A stretch of 64,000 nt of DNA from Octopus sinensis. Lineage: Eukaryota. Of this stretch, positions 41,277 to 55,198 are shown piece by piece. Position 1 is the stretch's first letter. Each line of letters starts with the position of its first letter. The DNA lies in NCBI RefSeq assembly GCF_006345805.1, contig NC_042997.1, positions 25,854,001 to 25,918,000 on the forward strand, written 5' to 3'. The position numbers and the translations under genes were made by a program. Under the pieces are notes generated by a model. That model worked only from the letters and a program-made list of their open reading frames with translations. It made no database searches and had not been told where the DNA came from.

Positions 41277-41437
41277 CTTAGTAGCAAAAATCACAGCAGT
41301 GAACAGCACGGTTGGAGGTACACCATCTGGCGTTGCAAACCGTGCGTTTCGCCATGGGCTCTTAGGAGCACGTTCGATTTGTTTTTGCTCTGCCTCTGTT
41401 CTGTTTTTGTTTTTCCAACGGATTTCCTTTTTTCTTC
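41277..41437 (-). CDS. Candidate internal coding exon (phase 1 to 0)
   Basis: Acceptor gtgtcttctcttcag| and donor AAG|GTATCG. Only one frame is open: RKKEIRWKNKNRTEAEQKQIERAPKSPWRNARFATPDGVPPTVLFTAVIFATK. Confidence 0.45.
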
Positions 41438-41571
41438 CTGAAGAGAAGACACAATATGGTCCCATTATTCAATCGGATTTTGGTAATTTGTGCCTTTCGA
41501 AACACGTGTAGAATGAAATAAAACGATTTCTGTTCAATCTGCGTTCAGCTCCATTTCTTCAATTCACCAAT

Positions 41572-41620
<49 letters not shown>

Positions 41621-42104
41621 TGTGTGTGTGTGTGCGTGCGTGTTTGTTTGTGCATGCGCGCGCGTGTGTATGTGTATATGCGTCTACATACATCAGGATA
41701 GTGAGAGTAAGGTACCCATAACCAGTAGTTAGAACTCAAAATGCTGATATTTGACATCATTTTAATGGTCCGGCTGTATTTTACGTACGTCAGACAATTC
41801 AATCGTCCAGACTCTTGTATGAACCAACTTACCATTGCAGAGTGTAATATAAATGCTGCAAGTTCAAGAGTTTCATATTCACTTTTATTAGTTTCCATCA
41901 GTTCCAGCTTTAAGGAATCGATTACCCAAAGTTGAGTGCTTGTGTAATCCTTCATTGAAATCGCTCAGTGAGATATAATGACACTGTGTCACTCACCTCT
42001 ATGCACCCTGTTCTTGTCTCTGCCATTATCTGTGATCACTGTCTTCACCACATCAGTTATAATCAATCGTTTAATTTGTATGTTCCTGGAATATTTTTTA
42101 TCAT

Positions 42105-42310
42105 TTATCTTTTACTCCTTGTAGTCATTTGCCCGCAACCAGTCTGGGGAACCGCTTTGAAGGATGTTTTAGCCAAACAGGTCGTATATCGGGACTCTTT
42201 TTTTAAGCCTAGTACTTATTCTATCGGTCTACTATGCAGACCCGCTAGGTTACGGGGACGTAAAAAAAACAACAGCGGTTGTCAGCTGCTGGTGGGGACA
42301 AACACAGACA
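42105..42310 (-). mobile_element. SINE B, diverged 3' half
   Basis: aagcctagtacttattctatcggtct...ttacggggacgtaaa...ggggacaaacacagacac. Confidence 0.8.
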
Positions 42311-42374
42311 CAAAGAAGATACACACGCACAAGCACAGACACACATGATTACACATACACACACACACACACAA

Positions 42375-42412
<38 letters not shown>

Positions 42413-43022
42413 TACATACCTGTCACACTCAAAACAGATCAGGGCTATCGTCGAAATGCTCGTCTTACCTCATAAAAGTTTCTTTTCCTTTTCTCACATT
42501 GTGGAAAGCCTTCGTAACGTTTATCAACACAACGAATATAATTCGAGGTTTGAAGTTGTGACAAGATAAAAATTATATTGATTTGCCTTGTCAAATACAA
42601 TCCAATTTAACTTTACAAAAAAATTCGCTCGGGCACTTTTCGGTCGCCTAAAAGTATTTTCCTAATATTTTCTATGCAAATGAGAGAATGGAGATTCTTT
42701 GATTATGCTCCTTAGTTCTCTCCGGCGTCTTACCTTCAGTAAATTGTGATTGCTTGAACATCGTAGAGGATTTTACATAGATCTACTACACTACCATCTT
42801 TCTCTGAATGACTAGAGAATTCTAAAGCTCAGTTCCATCTCATTGAACATTTTCAGGTATGTCTAATGCGTGACAACTTCCTGCTCCTGTGTATTACGCG
42901 GTAAATCCAAACTAGTGTCATCTAGAGATTGCTGGATATATTTCAGAGACTCAGAAGAAGTCCTTGAAAGCCTCTACTTAGCAAAATATTTCTGATGTTT
43001 AGAGTAGAGATGTTGTTCTTAC

Positions 43023-43137
43023 TCTTCCCGTATGGTTTAGCAGGGAACAGGAATGTTCGGTTGCAACAATTATATAACAATCTGTATTCAAGCTTGTTTT
43101 CTTCCTTCGTATTTGAATCGCTTCTCCCGAAGCCACA
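43023..43137 (-). CDS. Candidate internal exon (115 nt)
   Basis: Acceptor tgtatttacag| and donor AGA|GTAAGA. Two frames are open (CGFGRSDSNTKEENKLEYRLL... or VASGEAIQIRRKKTSLNTDCY...). Confidence 0.3.
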
Positions 43138-44479
43138 CTGTAAATACAGTTTAAACTTGTAGCAGATTGAAAGGCATGTGTGGCGCGAATTAGGCATGTG
43201 CATTATAAGTCCGAATCATCCCACCTAAAACTTTTATAGTGTGGCTTAGATACTGTTAAGTTTTTGTTCGATGGAGAATTTCAATATGTAATACTATTTC
43301 GCCTGGAGACCAGTAGAATCTTCTGAAAACGGTGTATGATAAATGCCTTGATAATTTTATTGTAACAATTTTTTTGCAATCCATGTCTCTTTCCCATACA
43401 AGACATTTCAATAGATAAAATCTTTGGTTTGGAGCCATCTAAATTTCATCATTTACACGAATATATGCCATTGCAAACACAGACATAAACTTGTTATAAA
43501 TCTAGAAATTTTTACATAATCTGAGACGGAATTGCAGCAGCTGTAGGCCACCTGAGGCTCACCATTCAAATATTATACCTAACATGACAACCAGTTTAAT
43601 AGCACAGCGTGCCCTACAATAAGTATAATGGTGTTCATTTTATCGAAAACTTTCGAAAATGAATCGCAGTTCGGCGACTGTGTTCGTCCTCCAAACGTTT
43701 ACATGCACATATCTCGGCTAAGTACCAGAAGTGTGGCAAGGTCTACACATATTATGGTCGCGCCCTTTTCTCCAGCGTGTGACTTGACATCACACAACAC
43801 TGAAAATATAAATTACAAAATGTGGATGGAATCATTCCTAAATATATCATAAGTATTTAGTACTGTGACAGGGTCCATTTCTCAAATAACTTTTGGAATT
43901 TCAACTTTACGAATGAGAACGATGTCTTTTGTGGAATGTGCTACACATGCAATATATTCTCTTTAGACCACGAGAAATACAGATCTCACAAAATTCATTA
44001 TAAATGTGTATTGCTGTATCTATGTAAGTTTTCATGATGTGTGGGCATAAATGTTCCTTTCTAATAGTGTACAACATTATTCATGACATGGCTTTATCCT
44101 GATTATTATTGAAAATAGGAGCACTATACACAATGGTTTTGATTGATCGCTCGAATTTCTTTTTCACTATCAAACATATCGGTAACTGAGGTTACAAGCC
44201 TCTGATTTTCTATTAAATGAACGTTGCAAAAAATGTAGAGCAAGTTATTTTTACTGTTTTATCTACATATGTAACGTTGCAAGTTAATTTTTTATATAAA
44301 ACATAAGTTTCGACTTTGACTTTAACATCAGCTTCAATGAAGGATATTGATAAAGTTGCCCTCAAAGGTTAAATTAATTATCTACTTAATTAGTACAAAG
44401 GGTTTAAGTGATTCTTTTACAAAGAGTGGTATCATTTCAATCATTATCATCATCACCACCACAACCATCATCATCATCG

Positions 44480-44518
<39 letters not shown>

Positions 44519-44996
44519 TCATCATCATTATCATATCATTATCACCATCACCATCATTATTATTAGTAACCTTCATTTATTTTCATGCGCTCAGTGCAAT
44601 TTTGTGCTCGATGGATAAGTGACGTGATTTTTGTTTTAATGTATGTATGAAAGTCTTTTAGTATTGCTATTCTCTGTGTGTTGTGTATATTTCGTAGTCT
44701 TAAGATTTCGCTTATGTCTTTCTGTTAATCATTCCCGCGCTGCCTATTGTTTGAGGGATTGTTTCCTTATTTCCCGATTCTGAAATTGGAGTAATTTCTC
44801 AGTTTGTTTTAGCGATCGTTTATATTAAGTTGGTATTAGTACATTGATTAAGAAGTACTTAATTCGTTTTTGATCTTTGACAAGAATATCCGGCCATCGA
44901 TATCCGTGATCTCTGTCTAACTAGTTTTGCATATCCCAAAGTACGGTTGCTTTTTCATTCACTGAAATGTTTATGGTATATATATATATATAAATG

Positions 44997-45086
<90 letters not shown>

Positions 45087-45172
45087 ATATATATATAATA
45101 CATTTCTAAATATCTCAGAGAGATTTATACAGTAGTGGTACGATAAAGTAGTATAAGGATAAAGTAGTATAA

Positions 45173-45376
45173 CCCTAATTATATATATATATAAAGTAGT
45201 TGTATACTGTCAACTTAATGTGACAGTCTCATGAAGGGAATCATAATACTGCTACTCAGCCCTAGCAAGCGTTGCTGCTTCCTAGGGCTAAATAGCAGTA
45301 ATATGATTCCCTTCATGGGACTGTCACATTAATTTATCAGTATACCACTACTTTATATATATATATATAATTAGGG
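45173..45376. mobile_element. Fully palindromic MITE with piggyBac-type ends
   Basis: ATAA|CCCT...AGGG|TTAA, with ~93 bp arms pairing almost to the centre and (TA)n present in both arms. Confidence 0.75.
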
Positions 45377-45431
45377 TTAAGCAACAGGTTGCTTAATTAC
45401 ATACCGAAAATTTAGAAATAGCAGCCAAAGA

Positions 45432-45484
<53 letters not shown>

Positions 45485-46909
45485 ACTACTTCTTTGGTGT
45501 ATATGCATCCTTCCTATATCTCCTTCCTTTCATAATGCTGAAATCAGTTAAAATATGTAAATAACCCAGAGATAATTTGGCAAATCGTTTCTTACCAAAC
45601 TCCACATTCTCTGTATTTTTCTTCATTAAAAATATTTGCTATTTTCTGGTCATAAGACATTATTTCCAATAATCAAGTCCTCACAATAGTATGTTACTTT
45701 AGTAAGTGGTTTGTATTTGGTGGCTTCCTTCAGTTCAGAAAACCCTTTCCTTTTTTAGTATTTTATAGCTATATTTGTACAGTTCTCGTCGAGAAATACT
45801 TTTGCAGTTATGTATGCAATCAGTATTTTTCCTGTCTTTTTTTGTTTTTTTTGTGATATTGTTGTTTTTAATATAGCTGACGAAATGAAATCTCTAATTT
45901 ACTAGGATGACAAGAAATTTTAAAAGTTATTTGTATTAGTCATCTTGCTTCTAGCATTTTTCTATTAATTACACTTTTGAATCAAAATATTCCTTTCTAA
46001 CCTTCTCTTCATTTGTGTGCCTCGAACTCTAGAATTCATTGATTCCTAAGTATAAGTAGGTTTGTGTTTCTTCTACTTGTCTTATTTCTGTTTCTCGCTT
46101 TAAATGATAACTAAGCTGTAGCTGTGGAGAAATCTAGTCGCACTTTTCATCTAATTGTTAATGATTTAAACCCTGCAACTTGGGGACATTTATGAATTGA
46201 TGGTCTTCTAGTATATGCATCCATGTCCACTATGGTTTAATATGTTGAATAAAATTGCTACCATAAGGCGAAAAAGATGTAGATATTACTATTTTCATAG
46301 AAATGATGTTACGTTTTCTTTTAGAAACAAATTTTGCCTTTCTAAATGCAAAACAAATTCAGTTTACTGGCCACTTCTTTAATATCTGGAAACTTCGTTG
46401 CTAGACTATATATCAAATTTTGTAAAATTTACAGCTTCGAAAGTCGTCGAGACGTCCTCACAATATTTTGGTGTCAGTGAATTATAAAGATGAGTTATAT
46501 ACCTGAAAAAGTAATTTTAATAAGATTAGTTCATTTAATGCTAATTCTGGCAGGCTTTCAAGGAAGAAAAACGAAACGATGTTGCTTCTTTTGAAATGCT
46601 GTAAGTCTCCTATTCAAAAAACTACTAAGTTTATCTTTTTTGCTTCTTTGTAAATTTTGTGTATGCATTTTATCATTGATAAAATGTCTCAGAATTTCCT
46701 TTTCTGCCCAAAAACAGATGAGACATTACGTCATGCTATGCATAATAAATCACTATCGAATTAATGGTACAGAATTTGAGCCGTGGATTTAACTGCTTTA
46801 TGAAACTTTTCCACGAATAAAAATAACAAACGCCAACACAAAAGATTTAATCTTGGAGCGTTCACTAAAGCAAAAATTTGGTGTAAAAAATCACTAAAAA
46901 TCGCACACT

Positions 46910-46941
<32 letters not shown>

Positions 46942-48049
46942 TACCAAAAAAAAGGTTACAGAAAAAATATGGAAAAGTCTTGGAATGCAAGCTGTGAATC
47001 AATTACCATCTTTGAACATTTTGTGGAGTTGAAACTTGTGTATGTGAAGAATGATTGTGTGTGTATGTGTGTTAATGTTGGTATATATGTATGTACATAT
47101 GTGTGTGTGTGCGTGAGTGCACGCCTGTGTGAGTTTGTATGTATTTGCGTATGTGTACGCCAACATGCATGGGTGTTCCACAACTATACTCTTAATATCC
47201 TTATCAGAAACGTATTTTCCTGGAATATTCAAATTAGTGCTGGGATGAATATTCATAGGGAAATATGATTATTTCTCATGATATTTTTTCTAGAATTAGG
47301 TGCTGAATTTGGTGCAACTGATAGCACACGATATTCGACAAATTACGGTATTCTCTTGACCCAAGTTCCAATTTCAAATACGATGAAACTATGTATGAAA
47401 TATTTTTACCAACACATTTTTGTATATCAATATCACAATGATCGTTTTTGAAGTAGTATATACGGACGTAACTTTGGTCAATACGTTGCACTTTTGAAGG
47501 CCTATTTCAATCACTGCCTTACAATTGCGCTACCGTTCACCAGGGATAAATATGCTCTACTATTATACTAAGGCAACAACCATGACAAAAATGCAGAAGT
47601 TAATACCCAAAACCTCAGATTAATCATAAACTCATAACTTTTCCCATGATGTCTGCTTAGATAATAGCTTCAGATGAGTCAATACTCAACCTCAACTTCC
47701 AATCTAGATCTTTTAGAAATTGTATCCAAATCGTCCTCAAATCGCATATTCTACTGGCAAAAGTGATGACAGTTCCATTATATTACACACTTGCTCCTTC
47801 GGGCCTGACCTAAAGCTAAACAACGAGAACATAATGTATACCTACATATCCTTAAACGGAGAGATTACTCGCATTTGATATTAATTTTATACAATATCTG
47901 CTCGATAATTGTTGCCCTTAATTAACACACTAACAACAACAACAAATGTTCCTTAGATAATATCAACAGCACCTTTACTGCATTTATTTTAAAGTGGTCA
48001 CATATGTTTATCCTTTCAACATTCAAGTGCTAATTGGCCAGATATTAGA

Positions 48050-48165
48050 GCCACTAAACCGTTGGATATCTTGTTTCCGGTATGCTTCGTCGCTCTCTGC
48101 ATTCTGAGATCAAATCCCAGCAATGTAGACTTTATCTTTCGTTTTTCCTGCGTCAATAACGTATT
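48050..48165 (+). mobile_element. Highly degenerate SINE A
   Basis: cattctgagatcaaatccc...gtagactttatctttc resembles cgttctgagttcaaattcc...gtcgactttgcctttc. Confidence 0.4.
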
Positions 48166-48631
48166 TCAGCCGATTTTTCTTTAAGACTATGTTTCTGTTA
48201 TTTTTTTTAATAAATAGGTAGACATCAGGCCTAGACAGTGAACATTTCTATCAGATTGAAAATTGACGAAATGTCACAGACAGCGGTAAAATGACACCAT
48301 CACTAACAGACTCAAGACAAGCTATTCCATTCAAAATGTCCACATTTATATTTACCTATGAAAAAGGTAATTATTGCGGACATGGACCAAGGGTTTACTC
48401 TTATAGTATAGAAGGTGTATACAACTGAGGTAATATATATCCAACAATTCGTCCAACAAGAATTAACAACCAAATCTTACTTTACACACTACCGTCGTGA
48501 AAAGTAAACATAACTTTTTATATTTCCCATTTAAATATATTATACATTAAAAGAAGACCAGATAATGATAGATTTGACTTCTTTGACCATAGATTGATCC
48601 CTCTCCAAGGTTTAAATGGGCCTAAAGAGCC

Positions 48632-48723
<92 letters not shown>

Positions 48724-48805
48724 TAAATAATAAAACTCAAGAGGACGAACACAGGGAATGTATTAGACTGATGCTCAGAGAAAGTTCAAGACTGAAAAAG
48801 CAGGG

Positions 48806-48840
48806 CGTGTGACGTTTCGAGCAAGTCCTTCGTCAGAAAG
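48806..48840 (-). ncRNA. Hammerhead-like motif with intact core nucleotides
   Basis: CTGACGA-A-GGACTTGCTC-GAAAC-GTC. The core and GUC site are present, but stems I and II are weak. Confidence 0.45.
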
Positions 48841-49436
48841 AAGAAAGAGGTAAAAGTCCTGGGAGGAGGGAAACTGTAGTCCGAGAAAGCGTGTCTCGTT
48901 AGTGGTGATTTGGTAACCACAATAATGTTTAAGTTTATGCTGGAAATTATTACTCATTCTGATGATAAAATGAATGTTGAAGACGATATTGTTATAGTGA
49001 CAATTGTGATGATAATAATGATGTTTCTTTTCCTGATAATACAGATAAAAATTGGGAGGATAAGAATGAAGGAGACTGTGAGGGAGAGGATGATAGTGTT
49101 TCTTATGGTCATGAGAATGAAAAAGGTGAGAGTGAGGATAATTATTATGATAATGATGAGTAGAGTGGCGAAGATTTAGAAAAGAAATATTTTCTTTGGC
49201 TTGACGTGTTGTTGGAACCCTTCTACAGAAATTGCTATTGTTTACCAATCAGCAAACAGTACAAGGAGGGCAAAGTAATAAAATTCGCCCTCAGGGCTTG
49301 TATCAACCGTTTACATGGATTGGATTTTTCTTTCACTTTACTTGTTATTGCCTCTTGTTTTTAATTCATTTATTGATACATTCTTTTTTAAATGATTAAA
49401 ATATTTTTATTCGCAAGAAAAGTGACTGAAAATTAA

Positions 49437-49467
<31 letters not shown>

Positions 49468-49559
49468 ATATATTTGAATGAACGACATTTCGAGATGTTT
49501 CTAATTTTGTTATATAGTTTTCAATCTTCTGGGATATTTATTGTTGTTGATGTTATTGA

Positions 49560-49985
49560 GTGATGGAGCAATGCATGCCATCGAATGTACTGAGATACAA
49601 ATATACGAAGCCCAATATACCCATCATGAATACCCGTGTGATATAGTTACACCAGGCACATGCATCACAATCATATGTTGATTCACTCACATCAAGATAA
49701 ACAGCACATGAACTTGCAGATGGGGCCCAGTTCGAATTTTCTTCAGGTCAAATAGTCCATCCCGCTCAAAACGTCCTTGAATAAGGTTTCCAGAGGTGAA
49801 TTATTCCCACCTTAAAGAATTCCTCTCAATATATAGCTATGATGCTCTCCCATTTCTTCTGCTCGTAATCAGAGATGAACATATCCATATCATCACGTTA
49901 GCCTTTAAGAGACATCTTCAAATGGTTATGGTCAAGCAACTGACAAGCAAATCTGGTTAAGATCAAGCAACTACTGTAGCCTATT
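49560..49985. repeat. Probable interspersed repeat, class unknown
   Basis: GC-richer block (atatacgaagcccaatatacccatcatga...ggtcaagcaactgacaagcaaatctg) that I recall as a common octopus repeat. It has no second copy in this window. Confidence 0.4.
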
Positions 49986-51922
49986 TTTATACTACTAGTA
50001 GAAAGACTGCCCTCTGGGCAGTTTTCCGCTGGCCCCTTGATAATATTTTCATATTTGAGTCCCATTTCTAATAATTTTTATATTTTACGCCTAATTATTT
50101 CTCTGCATAATAGTGCTCGTTTGCTTATCAAATATTGCTTTCATTATTTTATCACAGTCATAATCTCTCTTTTTTAAACAAACATCACGGTAGTCCAACA
50201 ACAGAGGGAGAACATTTTGTGAAGTTTTATTTTCCTCTCAAACCAACATAGAGATTTCAACTCAGCAGCCCATCTGAAAGCTTTGCGATATGTGTGTGTG
50301 TGTATGTGAGAGAGAGAGAGAGAGAGAGAAATAGAGAGAGAGGGAGAATATTTGAAACAAGAGAATATTTCCAACTCCACCTTTTTTAGAAATTGTGAGC
50401 CTGAGAAGGTCGTTGCTGGCATTTATCCACACAGATATAAAAAAATTACAGAGATGTACTTGCATTGCAAGTGGCTTGATTTGAGATCGTGTGCTGAAGC
50501 AAAAACAATTGCAGAGTAGATGTTTGTAAACCATTCAAGACCACACAATTACCGTTAGTTTCACTCCAACATTAAAACATCATTTGTGTCAAAATATTTC
50601 TATCGCTTTGAAACCGCACCCTGTTCACTGACAAAACTTCACAAAAGTGATGCAGCACCAAGTTGTGTCAGTAAACAGCACCCCCCCCCACACAGACACA
50701 GACACACACACAGACACACACACACAGACACACACGCAGACACACACACAGACACACACGCACGCACACATACAAGCATTCATTGCTTTACATTTCTGTG
50801 TAACTATGTGCGTGAGTGTGTATTGATGTGTGTGTGTGAGTGTGTCACAGTTGAAGTGCTTGAAAACTGTGAATAAGGTGCAAGATTCGAGTACTTGTCG
50901 GTAGCTCTTTTTTCTTCTCGTCTTCTAGCAATAATTACCTAACTTTCTAGGCTCTGCTCACAGCTATCCAACGTTCAATAATTATACGGGTATTTAAAAA
51001 AAAATTCACTAAATAATGTTTTACATTACGTATACATTAATAGCGAATTAAAATTTAAATAAAAAAAGGGAGAGACTTTTCAAATGAAAATGGAATACTC
51101 CGTAGTAAATGCAATGAATATTTAAATTTGTGATGAATTGGAAGCAGTGAATGTTTAAATTTGCGAGAAACTGGAGTTTAAAAAAATTCTCTAAACTTGA
51201 GGAATAGAAATTATAGGAAATTTCTTAGAATATGAATCTATAATAATATTTCCAGATGGTTAAGGGTTTTGCTTTGTTCTCAGTGTCTATTATTTCTATT
51301 ATTTTGTCTATTTCGATTTAGGGACCTTTTCCAACTCGCAGGATATATCGCATCCATATTTTCCGAGATTTTCCCTCCAATTACTATTCATTCTTCTCCA
51401 TATTTAATATGCTTCTTACATTATTCCTATAAATTTTGCAGTGTAGAATGCATATAGCACTTCAATGTAATCGTCATCTTTCCATCGTTCACCATTTTAT
51501 GTTATTTTTTTTTGCTTGAGCAATGACATCAAGTGAGGGATCTATTTGTTCACAGCTGCCGTTTTAGAAAAACAATCTGGACATGCAAGTCTACGTTCGT
51601 ATCTTAATTGCGTGAGACTCACAGATCGAAATTCACCTCTATTTCTTTTCATAGTTTTATTAGGATGCATATCTCTGATAAAAATGAGACGTGTTGCATC
51701 TTATATTTATTATTATTTCTCCCTTCTAAGTTTACGTATTGTGTGTTCTACGTTGTCTTGTTCATGTGCGAAAGGCAGCACGTGCATATGTGTGAGCTGT
51801 ACAAACATTACATTAATGTGTAGATATGAGACTGAATACATCATTAATAATTTTACAGTTTTTTTTCATATATGGACATCGCATTTCCATGCATTGCTTA
51901 AATTGTTGTATAGGTGTTGTTA

Positions 51923-51984
<62 letters not shown>

Positions 51985-52075
51985 TCAGCAGCAGCAGCAG
52001 TACTAGTAGTAGTAGTAGTAGTAGTATAGTAGTAGTAGTAGTAGTAGTAGTAGCAGCAGCAGCAGGAGAAGTAGG

Positions 52076-52106
<31 letters not shown>

Positions 52107-52524
52107 CAAAAGAGAGAAGGATTACGGGGGGATTAATAATCCTGGTGAAAGACTTCTTAATCTCACCGTTAATAAAAATTACACCAGCCTACCACAGTTC
52201 ACTGCACACATACACACACACTTTTGCGTTGTGAACCTATCTAAGATGAGCTGTGTATGTAAGTGGTCACACTGACATTTGCACCCATTCAAGATACATT
52301 TTGTAGGAGATATATGATTTATTTTGTACTGAATTATTAAGCGACGGTGGCATATGTGCGGATGACATATACGTATGCCTTAATATTAATCTCAGCCTGT
52401 ACGACGTTGAAAATTCCCACTAGGGTTAAGAACTCGTTCGAATGAACATTTTATAAAGCATGTACTTTGTGTAACTTTTAGAAATTACATATAATCAATT
52501 ATACATGCACACACAAACAAATTC

Positions 52525-52890
52525 GAGGGCTGAGTGGGAAGAAGTTTGCTCCCCCACTACACGTTTCCAGGTTCAGTCCTACGGCGGGGCACATTGAGCC
52601 TACTATATACGCGGGCCGAATAAAGCCTTATGAGTAGATTTGATAGACGGAAACTGGAAGAAGTTCGTTGTATAAATACATATATTGATATATGTGTGAG
52701 TGTTCGTAACTGGATCTGTTATCCACCACCGCTAGCCAGCCGGTGTTTGTATATTTATGTCCTGCAAATCACAGTTGACATAGAGACCGACAGAATAATT
52801 ATAAGGCTTTAAAAGATTAGCACGGGAATTAAATGGCTCTACTAAATTACTTGATCTCGGTACACTAGCATGGCCGCCGTCTAACGACTG
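52525..52890 (+). mobile_element. Old SINE B copy
   Basis: Collinear head (ggttcagtcc, gatttgatagacggaaactg), body (gagaccgacagaataa) and tail (agcatggccgccgtctaacgactgaa). Confidence 0.75.
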
Positions 52891-52925
52891 AAGATATAGG
52901 GTAAGATATATATACACACCATTTG

Positions 52926-53022
<97 letters not shown>

Positions 53023-53276
53023 TATACACATAGGTGTGCATGTGTGTGTGTGTGAGTTTTGAGTATGGGAGGCGTAAATGGTGTGAGTGGATGCGAATTA
53101 TTGAGTATGTTACGTGTAACAATGATCATACAGCATAGTGTATGAGAAACGAAATTGAAAGCCCGTTATATCTCCATATATAATGTAACACCCATACATG
53201 CACACACATATGTTCATATATATATATATATATATAATATATATATATACATCCACACATATACAAATCTATATAA

Positions 53277-53312
<36 letters not shown>

Positions 53313-53992
53313 CATATATAACATATATATACATATATACACAGACACACCCATACAAATATAATTTATCTATCTATCTATATACACATATATATATATA
53401 TTATACTTACGTACATAATATATACATACATACATACATACATACATACAAATGGACACATATTTATCTTCATACATAGGAGGGTGTCTATGTAATCCTG
53501 CCTATTTCCACTGCATGTGAACCAACAAAATTCCGAGCGCATTCGTCCTTCGTTTCACTTTAACTACAAATCGAATAACGCTTTCATATGCACAGTAATG
53601 AAATTTGCGTCTAAATTCGATTATAGCAATATAATACATTTCTTCATATCTTATTCACATACACGGAAAATGTCATAAGCTTATAGATACGGTGTTCTTG
53701 AATTATATTATGCACCGCTTCTGATTATGGAGCAAAGATTCTCTCATGCTTCGTATTTTCCAAGCATGCTATTGAACCATGTGAGGAAATATGTTTCTGG
53801 AACAGACATGCCATTTTCCTATTCTTATTACTATTTTCGTGCTTCCAATGCTTTTTTCCCTTGTTTTTGTTAGTTTTTTTTTCTCTGAAAAGTATGCTTG
53901 CTGAAAATAGTGAATACACACTCACACGCACATTTACTAATACACATACATATAGACATATATGTGTGTTTGTGTGCGTGTGTGTTTAGTAT

Positions 53993-54050
<58 letters not shown>

Positions 54051-54165
54051 CATATTCCCACACAATTACCAAAGCAATATATACATATTTATATATATTC
54101 TATATATATAATATATATATATATGTACATATATAGGTATATTATATATATATATATATATAATA

Positions 54166-54216
<51 letters not shown>

Positions 54217-54256
54217 ATAATATATATATATATATATGTATATATATAATTATATA

Positions 54257-54287
<31 letters not shown>

Positions 54288-54289
54288 TC

Positions 54290-54485
54290 TTTTACTTGTC
54301 TGAGTCATTTTGACTGCGGCCATGCTGGGAGCACCGCCTTTACTCGAGCACCAAATCCACTCACAAGGCTTTAGTCGGCACGAGCCTAAAATAGAAAACA
54401 CTCGTCCAAGGTGTCACCCAGTGGGACTGAACCCGGAACCATGTGGATGGAAGCAAGCTTCTTAGCACACAGCCAAGCCAGCGCC
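54290..54485 (-). mobile_element. SINE B with central deletion
   Basis: Tail (gagtcattttgactgcggccatgctgg) is joined directly to the head (caaatccactcacaaggc...cacacagcc). Confidence 0.85.
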
Positions 54486-54486
54486 C

Positions 54487-54526
<40 letters not shown>

Positions 54527-55121
54527 CTAAACACATACGTGCGTGCGTGTGTGTTTGAGTGCTTTCGTTTTGCCTTTTGGATCGGTTTCATCCGTGTTGT
54601 GACAGATGTTCTTTGGAACGGAATTACCTCTTCCATAAAGTGGTGTTTTTTTTTCCATTTCATTCTCACGGAATGGAAGGTACTGAGACGATTCAACTTT
54701 GGGTTTGACGTCTACTAACCTCAATCAATATATATACACCTGCGATATGCCAGCTATTGCGGTATTTTCTGGAAATAACAACTCTTATGTATCTTCTGTT
54801 TTAAAACACAAGACAACGCATCATAAGAGATGTTTTCTCAGAACAAATACTACTGCACCTGGCCTATAAACGATGTATAAGCAGATGGATATTTGAAGAA
54901 TTGCATAATGGTTTACTATTTGCAATATTTTTGAATGATTTATTCGCAGTGTCCCTTTTTGAAGACGAGAATTTTTCTTCTAATTTTGCGGCCGGTTGCA
55001 AAAACACAGAACCTAAAAGACCTTATGTAGGTTTCAACTCCGCTCACTATCTGTCAATGTATATATTTTTCTATGTCTTTCGATATATATATATATAATA
55101 TAAATAGAGGTTGATAGATAA

Positions 55122-55152
<31 letters not shown>

Positions 55153-55166
55153 CATACATACATACA

Positions 55167-55196
<30 letters not shown>

Positions 55197-55198
<2 letters not shown>

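Noticed and set aside
41833-42085. Specific exon models at the minus-strand donors 41832 and 41996
   Set aside because: The donors are strong, but no acceptor and phase combination joined consistently to the 41437 exon. They are kept only as part of the general gene finding.
45369-45380. Telomere-like TTAGGGTTA caps on the palindrome
   Set aside because: Only 1.5 units are present, which AGGG plus a TTAA target site explains more simply.
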